From Candidatus Sumerlaeaceae bacterium (GTDB lineage: Bacteria > Sumerlaeota > Sumerlaeia > Sumerlaeales > Sumerlaeaceae), in assembly GCA_019695055.1 (NCBI GenBank), contig JAIBAT010000074.1, positions 1 to 64,000 of the forward strand: a stretch of 64,000 nucleotides of DNA, read 5' to 3'. Shown here in pieces: positions 57,823-64,000 of the stretch (positions are counted from its first letter, which is position 1; each line of letters begins with the position of its first letter). The position numbers were made by a program, and so were the translations under genes. A model generated the notes under the pieces. That model saw only the letters and a program-made list of their open reading frames with translations. It had not been told where the DNA came from and did not search any database.

Positions 57823-58989
57823 TCAGCCGACCCGACGGAGGAGGACGCATTTCAGGTATTGGGACTCCGGGAAGCCGAGAAGGGGCGGGTGGTCCGGCGG
57901 TTGGCCGCCACGGGCCACAATATGAAAATAGATGCGGGCGTTTCGTCCGGCGGTTTCCAGCATCGTCTCGAATTCCGCCTGGGAAAGTTGTTGGGAACAG
58001 GAGCAGGACACGAGGAGGCCGCCGGGGGCGAGGCGCTTCATGGCGCGATAGTTCAGGCTGAGGTATCCGCGGACGGCATCATTGACCATGGAATGGCTCT
58101 TCGCAAAGGCGGGTGGGTCGCAGATGATGACGTCATACTGTTCGCTGGCGCGCTTTTCATCGGTCAGGAAGTCAAAAACGTCCTCCTTCACAAATGCTTC
58201 CGCGGGGACACCGTTTTCCGGAGCGCCCATGGTGGCGAGGGCGAGGGCCTGGGCTGAACTGTCGACACCGACGACACTGCGGGCGCCGGCGCGTGCGGCG
58301 GCGAAGGCCCAACCTCCAACATGGCAGAAGAGATCGAGGACGCGGGCATTCTTGCAGTACGGGCTCATGAGGCGGCGATTGAAACGCTGGTCGAGAAAAA
58401 GTCCGGTCTTCTGGCCTTCGAGAGGATCCACAAAAACAGTATAACCGTCGAGATGGAGACGGAGGGGCTTGGAGACGTCTCCGATGACCTCGACTTTCCC
58501 CACGGAGAGGCCTTCCTTGGCGCGGACGGCGGCATCAAGCCGAAGGACGATGCCCAAGGGTGAGTAAATCTCGCGAAGCGTTTCGATGATCGCGTCGCGG
58601 TGGCGATCGGCGGCGAGGGTGAGGACCTGCAACACGAGCACGGGACCGAGTTTGTCCACAATGAGGCCGGGGAGGAAATCGGCGTCGCTGAAAACCACCC
58701 GAAAAGAATCCTGGGGCGGAAAATGAGTTTCCCGGCGAGCGGCCGCGGCGCGGACGGATTCGATGACATAGTTGTGGTCGAAGGATTCGTTCCCAAGGGA
58801 GAAGAAGCGGGCGCGGATCTTCGAGGCGCTGTTATAAATGGCGCTGCCGAGAAACTTGCCGGAAGGGTCGAGGATGGTGACGGCTTCGCCGTCCACGGGA
58901 TTTCCGGAAATGGAACCGACCATGTTGTCGAAAATCCACTGGGGGCGAAGCCGGGGTGTTTTGACGTTGGCGCCGGTGATGGTGATGGC
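57823..58989 (-). CDS. rlmI: 23S rRNA (cytosine1962-C5)-methyltransferase RlmI-like (PUA plus class I SAM methyltransferase)
   Basis: RLRPQWIFDNMV... (PUA, aligns with E. coli RlmI LRRHPWVFSG); DLFCHVGGWAF SAM motif I; DPPAF motif IV; 5' end uncertain (see finding). Confidence 0.65.
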   Translation of the reverse strand, partial: AITITGANVKTPRLRPQWIFDNMVGSISGNPVDGEAVTILDPSGKFLGSAIYNSASKIRARFFSLGNESFDHNYVIESVRAAAARRETHFPPQDSFRVVFSDADFLPGLIVDKLGPVLVLQVLTLAADRHRDAIIETLREIYSPLGIVLRLDAAVRAKEGLSVGKVEVIGDVSKPLRLHLDGYTVFVDPLEGQKTGLFLDQRFNRRLMSPYCKNARVLDLFCHVGGWAFAAARAGARSVVGVDSSAQALALATMGAPENGVPAEAFVKEDVFDFLTDEKRASEQYDVIICDPPAFAKSHSMVNDAVRGYLSLNYRAMKRLAPGGLLVSCSCSQQLSQAEFETMLETAGRNARIYFHIVARGGQPPDHPPLLGFPESQYLKCVLLRRVG

Positions 58990-59095
58990 CGGGCGGCCGG
59001 AATGGTGGTGCGGGGCACCGGAACGAGGGGTTCCAGATCGAGGTGCGGCCGGGCGGCGGTTGGGAGGGCCCTTTCGAAAGGGCGGCCTGCCGCGG

Positions 59096-61666
59096 TTATC
59101 TTGGGCCAAGGCCCATGTCCCAGATATACAGAGGTTCGTACGACACGCCGAAGAGGCAGGTGCGGGTGGTGCCAGGGTCGCCGGAAACGGTCTCGAAGTC
59201 GTGCTGGCCGCCAAGGAAATCCTGGGCAAGGACGGCGCCGGCGGTCATGGGGAGGGTGACGGTGGTTTCCTCACCCCTCTTCTCTGTCCACGCGAGGTGC
59301 AGCGTGCCGGGCCACTTGGTACTGTGCTGGCGGATTTCAAAGGAATAGATAGTCGCGGGTCCCTGGCGGGTGATTTCGCGGCCATCGAGATGGGTCATCA
59401 TGAAATCGAGAAACGCGTAGGCACCGAGGGAGGGCTTGGGACGGAAATTGGAATCCATGAGCCCTGTTCGCGAGGCGAGCGGACCGCGCCAGGGAAGCCG
59501 GCTGTCGTCCTGCAGGGTGTTCCAGAAAACCTTTGTTGCGCCGTGAAAGATGCCGGCGGTGTAAGCGCGGACAAGGTAGTTGGCCTGATCCAATTCAGAA
59601 ATGCCACCGGGCCCTGTGGGCCAGCCGGTCTCGGTGATCCACCATTCCTTGCCGCGGCGAATCATGTTCTGGGTGCGGAGGGTCTCGAGGAAATTCTTGC
59701 ACATATAGTCCAGGTTGTTGGCGGCGGGATTCTCAGAGGGACGACGGGGCCACGCGCGGGCGCCAACGATATCGAGGACTTCGCTGAAGTCGCCAGCAAG
59801 AAGAGCGGTCGCGCATGGGAGGTCGGAGATTTCGGGAAGGCTTGCAGCGATGCGGGGGATGGGGGAGCTTTGTCGGACGGCTTCCTGGGCATCGCGGAGG
59901 ATCTGGCGATAGGCTTCGAGGGAACCAAAAGGTCGGGGGGCGCTGGTGGAGCCGTCGGCGGCAACGGGCAGGATCTCGTAGGTCGTGATGCGGGTATCCA
60001 TGCGGCGGGCTATTTCAGAAACCCACGCGCGGAAGAGTTCGCTAGCTGGATAGGGGCTGGACTGCCGGTCGGCGGGGGCAGTCATGGCGAGCTGGGCGGA
60101 GAGGCGGATCTTTACATTTCGGTAGGCGGAGACAATATCTTCAAAGCGTGCCCAGTCGTACTCGCCGGTGGTGGTGAGGCCATCAAAGCTGAAGAGTTCG
60201 CGGCCCCAGAAGGACCCGATGCGTCGGTGCCAGTAGTTGCGCTTGTTGATGACGCCAAGGGCGTCACCTGCGGAAAGCCCGGCAGTGGGGCCGGCTGCAA
60301 TCCCAAACGGGGCGCCATAGAGGATATTCTCCCGTGGCGAGACCGGAACCGCCCAAACAGTGAAAGTATCATAAGCAAGGACAGTGGCAGTGGTGGGGAG
60401 TTGCTCGAACTTGAGAAGTGACCCTGCGACAAAAGCCGTGGTGACGCCATCTGGGAGAAAGGTTGCGGTAGTCGTGGTGAGCGCGCTGGGGGTAAAGCCG
60501 ACCGGCTCGGGGAGCGGGTCGGGGGCCCTGGGCAGGTCGGCAATAGGATCGGCCAGGACGCGCACCTCGGCGGTCAATTCACCTGGTGTGGAAAATGCGG
60601 TCTTTCCCGTAAAGGCGCTGAGTTCGGCAACGCTGAAGTTGCGCGAAAGGACAAGGCGCTTATTGTGATCGCGCACCTCAACGTGGCAGGAAAGGGGTGC
60701 CGAGGTGATCTCGCCTTCGAGCTTGATGGACGGGTGGGCGAGGTCGTTGACGAGGTAAACCGGGCTGGGACCCTTGTGGTCGAAGAGGAACTCAACTCGG
60801 AGGCCCCTCTGCTCCACGTCGATGTTGAGTGGTTGCTCGCGTTGGTTGGCCGGGTCGAAAAAGAAGATTGTCAGGGGCCCGGGCGCCCGGGGGAAAAATT
60901 CGAGGCGACCACGACCAGCCGCGAAGGTGACACGCTCCGGCAGGTTGATGGTGGCGCGGTCGAGAACATCAACGAAGATGTCGCCATTGTAAGGGACGGT
61001 CAGGCCGCTCGTGGTGGCGACGGTCTCAAGGTCAATGATGGTTTTTCTTTGGAGCGCACAGGTGGTAATGGGCGCCCACTTGATGGTGAAGTCAGGAACG
61101 ACGTCGGCGAGGCGGGGCGCGACCACATCCAGCGAAGCGTCGCCGATGGCGCCCCGGCGGATGCGGGGGGAAAGCGAGGTGATGCGCCCGGGGGTGATGA
61201 AGGGTTTGTCGCGTCGGGGTGAATCCCAAGGCAGGGCGAAGTTCACGAGAGGAATCGACACTGTGTTCCAACCGGGTTGGAGCGGTGCGTTTGCCACCCA
61301 TGTGTCGCCGTCGGCATCGGTAATCCCGACATCGAGGGAGGGGCCTCCGTCAATAGGGCGGGCCTGCAGAATAATGCTGTCGGCCCCCGCGGGAATGGAT
61401 GGAGCTGAAACCGGAAGAACGACACCCGCCCATTGGGCGTTGGGGCCGGAAAGGTTGGCGGAGAGCCGGATGGAGGGTTCGCCGCCGGGCGATTTCTCAC
61501 CCGTGGTGACTTGTGACTGGGTCACGCCTGCGTCACGACATTGAACAAGGTCCGCGGCGAAAAGTGGGGGATGGGAACAGGCGAAAATCGCCAAAATAAG
61601 AAAGGGGAAAGCCCGCAAAATTCCCTCAGGGCGAGAAGGCTTCGCCAAAGATACAGCCAATGTCAT
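59096..61666 (-). CDS. secreted glycoside-hydrolase-like protein (TIM-barrel, WITETGW catalytic-Glu motif) with N-terminal beta-sandwich domains
   Basis: Signal peptide; C-terminal domain with NVKIRLSAQLAM...EWWITETGWPTGPGG typical of clan GH-A nucleophile motifs. Confidence 0.45.
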   Translation of the reverse strand: MTLAVSLAKPSRPEGILRAFPFLILAIFACSHPPLFAADLVQCRDAGVTQSQVTTGEKSPGGEPSIRLSANLSGPNAQWAGVVLPVSAPSIPAGADSIILQARPIDGGPSLDVGITDADGDTWVANAPLQPGWNTVSIPLVNFALPWDSPRRDKPFITPGRITSLSPRIRRGAIGDASLDVVAPRLADVVPDFTIKWAPITTCALQRKTIIDLETVATTSGLTVPYNGDIFVDVLDRATINLPERVTFAAGRGRLEFFPRAPGPLTIFFFDPANQREQPLNIDVEQRGLRVEFLFDHKGPSPVYLVNDLAHPSIKLEGEITSAPLSCHVEVRDHNKRLVLSRNFSVAELSAFTGKTAFSTPGELTAEVRVLADPIADLPRAPDPLPEPVGFTPSALTTTTATFLPDGVTTAFVAGSLLKFEQLPTTATVLAYDTFTVWAVPVSPRENILYGAPFGIAAGPTAGLSAGDALGVINKRNYWHRRIGSFWGRELFSFDGLTTTGEYDWARFEDIVSAYRNVKIRLSAQLAMTAPADRQSSPYPASELFRAWVSEIARRMDTRITTYEILPVAADGSTSAPRPFGSLEAYRQILRDAQEAVRQSSPIPRIAASLPEISDLPCATALLAGDFSEVLDIVGARAWPRRPSENPAANNLDYMCKNFLETLRTQNMIRRGKEWWITETGWPTGPGGISELDQANYLVRAYTAGIFHGATKVFWNTLQDDSRLPWRGPLASRTGLMDSNFRPKPSLGAYAFLDFMMTHLDGREITRQGPATIYSFEIRQHSTKWPGTLHLAWTEKRGEETTVTLPMTAGAVLAQDFLGGQHDFETVSGDPGTTRTCLFGVSYEPLYIWDMGLGPR

Positions 61667-61683
61667 CAGAGCCGTGGTCAGTG

Positions 61684-61953
61684 TCAGTTGGCGTCTTGCG
61701 AGTAGGTTTTCTTGGCGGCCTTGGTCTTGCGGGGGGCCGGGGCGGCGGCGCAGTCACACGGCGTGGCGGTGGTGCCCACCCACTGCTTGCCGCAGGCGTC
61801 GCACCAGGTGGAGGGGTAATAGTAATAGCCGGTGATGCGATAGGTGCGGCCCATGTAGGTACGCTGGCATCCGGCGCAGGGCAGCGAATCGGCCATGGCC
61901 GGGACTGCGGCGCCGAGCGTCGCAAGGCAGAGTATCAGGGGTAGCAGGCGCAT
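61684..61953 (-). CDS. small secreted Cys-rich protein (8 Cys), Lys-rich C-terminus
   Basis: AAGGAGG Shine-Dalgarno 6-7 nt upstream of ATG 61953; signal peptide MRLLPLILCLATLGAAVPAMA; CAGCQ...WCDACGKQW...CDC. Confidence 0.4.
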   Translation of the reverse strand: MRLLPLILCLATLGAAVPAMADSLPCAGCQRTYMGRTYRITGYYYYPSTWCDACGKQWVGTTATPCDCAAAPAPRKTKAAKKTYSQDAN

Positions 61954-62049
61954 GTCGCACCCTCCTTGGTTCCTTGGGATTTCAAGCGTGCATTGTGGGG
62001 TGGCGGCGGGGGTGGTCAACAAAATACCAAGGGCAAGGGTGGCGACGGA

Positions 62050-63162
62050 CTATGATTTGGGCTGGCGGTGCTTTTGCCTGGGGCCGGGGGATGCGGCGGC
62101 GAGCTTCTCTTGGGTCAGGAGGGCTCGTTTGCGATCCGTTCCCCATCGGTAACCAGTGAGGGCGCCGTCAGCGGCGACGGCACGGTGGCAGGGAATGGCG
62201 AGGGCGGCAGGGTTGGAAGCGCAGGCGCGGCCGACGGCGCGAGAGGCAGAGGGTTTGCCGAGGGAGGAGGCTATCTGTGAATAGCTCTTGGTGGTACCGG
62301 GACGGATGGATTGGAGCGCCTTCCAAACGCGGATTTGGAACGCAGTGGCGCGGATGTCGAGAGGGAGATGGGCGGTGCCGGTGCCCTCGGAGAGGTTTTG
62401 AAGCAGGGCAAGCAACTCGGCTGTGAGGGAAACCGAATCGTGCTCGATGATAGCTTTGGAGAATTCCCGGCGAAGGGATTCTTCGAGGGGAGCGAAGGAA
62501 TCGCCGATTTTTACAGCGCAGATGCCTTTGTCGGTGGACGCGACGAGGAGAAATCCAAGCGGGCAGGGGACGGTGGCAAAGCGAATGCGGACCCCGGGGG
62601 CATGGCGGCCATAGGTGGCCGGGGTCATGCCAAGACGGTTGGTGGTGTTTGCGTGGAGGCGGCTGGAGGAACGGTATCCGGCGGTTCGGGCTGCTGCGGC
62701 GATGGTTGGGGCATTTCCAACTGCATTGCAAAAGGTTCCGTGGCGGAGAGCGGCGGAAAATTCGCGGGGGGAAATGCCCAAGACCTCCTTGAAGGTGCGC
62801 TGAACGTGGAACGGGCTGGCGCCGAGGCGACGGGAGAGGGCGGCAAGCTCCATGGGAGAATTGCGATATTGTGAGAGGACGCCGATCGCTCGATGTGCGA
62901 GGTCGAATTTTGCCTGCCAGGGTCCGGGCTGCGTGGGCTTGCAGCGTAGGCAGGCGCGGTAGCCTGCTATTTCGGCTGAATCGGGGTTTTCGAAAAACTC
63001 GGTCTGATCGCGACGCGGGCGCCGGCTGGGGCAGGATGGACGACAATAGACGCCGGTCGAGCGAACACCGTAGACGAACTTGCCGTCGCAAAGGCTGTCG
63101 CGATTTGTGACCGCAACAAAACGGGCCTCGTCAATGATGTCGGTTCTGTTTGCAGCGTTCAT
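62050..63162 (-). CDS. ada: bifunctional Ada: methylphosphotriester-DNA methyltransferase/AraC-type regulator plus O6-methylguanine-DNA methyltransferase
   Basis: N-terminal Ada Zn domain (CDGKFVYGVRSTGVYCRPSCPSR...CLRCKP), AraC HTH, C-terminal IPCHRAV MGMT site. Confidence 0.8.
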   Translation of the reverse strand: MNAANRTDIIDEARFVAVTNRDSLCDGKFVYGVRSTGVYCRPSCPSRRPRRDQTEFFENPDSAEIAGYRACLRCKPTQPGPWQAKFDLAHRAIGVLSQYRNSPMELAALSRRLGASPFHVQRTFKEVLGISPREFSAALRHGTFCNAVGNAPTIAAAARTAGYRSSSRLHANTTNRLGMTPATYGRHAPGVRIRFATVPCPLGFLLVASTDKGICAVKIGDSFAPLEESLRREFSKAIIEHDSVSLTAELLALLQNLSEGTGTAHLPLDIRATAFQIRVWKALQSIRPGTTKSYSQIASSLGKPSASRAVGRACASNPAALAIPCHRAVAADGALTGYRWGTDRKRALLTQEKLAAASPGPRQKHRQPKS

Positions 63163-63246
63163 GGAATGAGAGGACAAGTTTGGCGGACAGGGCTTTGTCC
63201 GATTCTTGCGGATGTGGTGGTTTTGTTAAGAATCAGAGGGGTGGGG

Positions 63247-64000
63247 TCAAACTCCGACGAGCCCGCCACGGTCGCCTTCGCTGTAAATGCCCTTCACGTT
63301 GCGGCGGTAGGCGCCCTCGTCCTCGCAGTACTTCAGGCCCTCCTCGAAATCTATGATGCGAGCCTTGGCCATTTCCACAAGGTGCTGGTTGAAGGTTATC
63401 ATTCCTTCTTCCTGATTTTTAATGGCCTGCTTGAGTTCGGTAATGCGACCTTCGCGGATAAGCTTTCTGACGATCGGCGTGCCGATCATGATTTCGAGGG
63501 CGGGGATGCGGGCCAGGCTGCCCGCAGCAAGGATAAGACGCTGGGAAACAACGGCGCGCAAGTTAAGAGAAAGCTGCTCAAGGATAAGCTTCTCCTCTTC
63601 GGCGGAGAAGAAGTGGAGGATGCGGTTGATGGTCTGGGTGGCGTCGCTGGTGTGGAGGGTGCCGAAGCACATGTGACCGGTTTCGGTCGCGGTGAGGGCG
63701 GTCTTCACGGTCTCAACATCGCGCATCTCGCCGATGAGAATGACGTCGGGATCCTGCCGGAGCACATATTTAAGGGCAATTTCAAATGTTGGTATATCGG
63801 TGCCCACCTCGATTTGGTTAATAATGCTTTTGTCGTCGCGATAGGCATACTCGATCGGGTCCTCGACCGTGATAATATGCTCGCGGCGAGTGCGGTTGAT
63901 GTAACTGATCATGGCGGCAAGGGTGGTGGATTTGCCGCTGCCGGTGACGCCGGTGACGAGGACCAGGCCGCGACGGGTATCGCAGATGCGCTCCATGGTA
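63247..64000 (-). CDS. pilT: type IV pilus retraction ATPase PilT/PilU (C-terminal part; N-terminus beyond the window)
   Basis: Walker A GVTGSGKSTT, Asp box, Walker B VILIGEMRD, His box GHMCFGTLHT. Confidence 0.85.
   Translation of the reverse strand, partial: TMERICDTRRGLVLVTGVTGSGKSTTLAAMISYINRTRREHIITVEDPIEYAYRDDKSIINQIEVGTDIPTFEIALKYVLRQDPDVILIGEMRDVETVKTALTATETGHMCFGTLHTSDATQTINRILHFFSAEEEKLILEQLSLNLRAVVSQRLILAAGSLARIPALEIMIGTPIVRKLIREGRITELKQAIKNQEEGMITFNQHLVEMAKARIIDFEEGLKYCEDEGAYRRNVKGIYSEGDRGGLVGV

Noticed and set aside
1-64000. Transposases, integrases, phage genes, rRNA, complete tRNAs
   Set aside because: None found in any frame. The accessory regions are delimited only by composition, repeats and toxin-antitoxin remnants.

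Overview
This is a 64-kb, high-G+C (roughly 60%+) bacterial chromosomal segment. About 60 coding regions pack both strands with short intergenic gaps; several starts and stops overlap by 4 nt (ATGA/GTGA). I found no rRNA, no complete tRNA, no CRISPR array, and no transposase or integrase. The gene content (many large secreted repeat proteins, sulfotransferase, PilT, a long-form HPF, a TMTC-like GT-C/TPR protein) suggests a PVC-group bacterium, possibly Verrucomicrobiota; this is a low-confidence guess.

Main content, in order:
- Core metabolism: an oxidative pentose-phosphate cluster gnd-zwf-pgl (27-3352, minus strand).
- Envelope and surface: an SPFH protein and a 1174-aa SBBP beta-propeller surface protein; hpf; a GT-C membrane glycosyltransferase fused to TPR repeats; rfbB; ogt; an SDR epimerase; gatA.
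- Transport: two orphan sugar-ABC permeases next to a GHL10-like TIM-barrel protein; folK.
- Accessory island (about 19.9-26.5 kb): an AT-rich spacer; a RelB/RelE-type toxin-antitoxin pair with a frameshifted toxin; two diverged ~195-bp direct repeats (vapC 3' remnants) bracketing a 3-kb secreted amidase_3-like gene; a 5'-truncated vapC; and three low-G+C genes of unknown function.
- Second accessory stretch: a GNAT-pta pair separated by a heptamer microsatellite, then a same-strand cassette hicB-hicA / GT2 / radical-SAM-SPASM / 75-codon Cys-containing ORF / GT2 / parD-parE-like.
- Signalling and other: a sugar nucleotidyltransferase plus YmdB; a c-di-GMP module (GGDEF, REC-histidine kinase, REC-HD-GYP); an ANT(2'')-like nucleotidyltransferase; a sulfotransferase; a four-helix-bundle (Avd-like) gene flanked by inverted repeats; a PASTA protein.
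- Downstream block: infB; a CE7 esterase; an MrpX-like Met-rich repeat peptide with cytochrome b and MsrP-like Mo-oxidoreductase; an L,D-transpeptidase; PBP4; a flippase; rlmI; a GH-like secreted protein; ada; and a truncated pilT at the window edge.

Most notable candidates: (1) the toxin-antitoxin-bracketed GT2/rSAM-SPASM/small-Cys-ORF/GT2 cassette, a possible glycosylated-RiPP-like or novel glycan-modifying system; (2) the MrpX-like/MsrP hypochlorite-sink operon; (3) homopolymeric G tracts placed in a surface-protein promoter and at the folK 3' end; (4) the vapC-repeat-bracketed amidase insertion.
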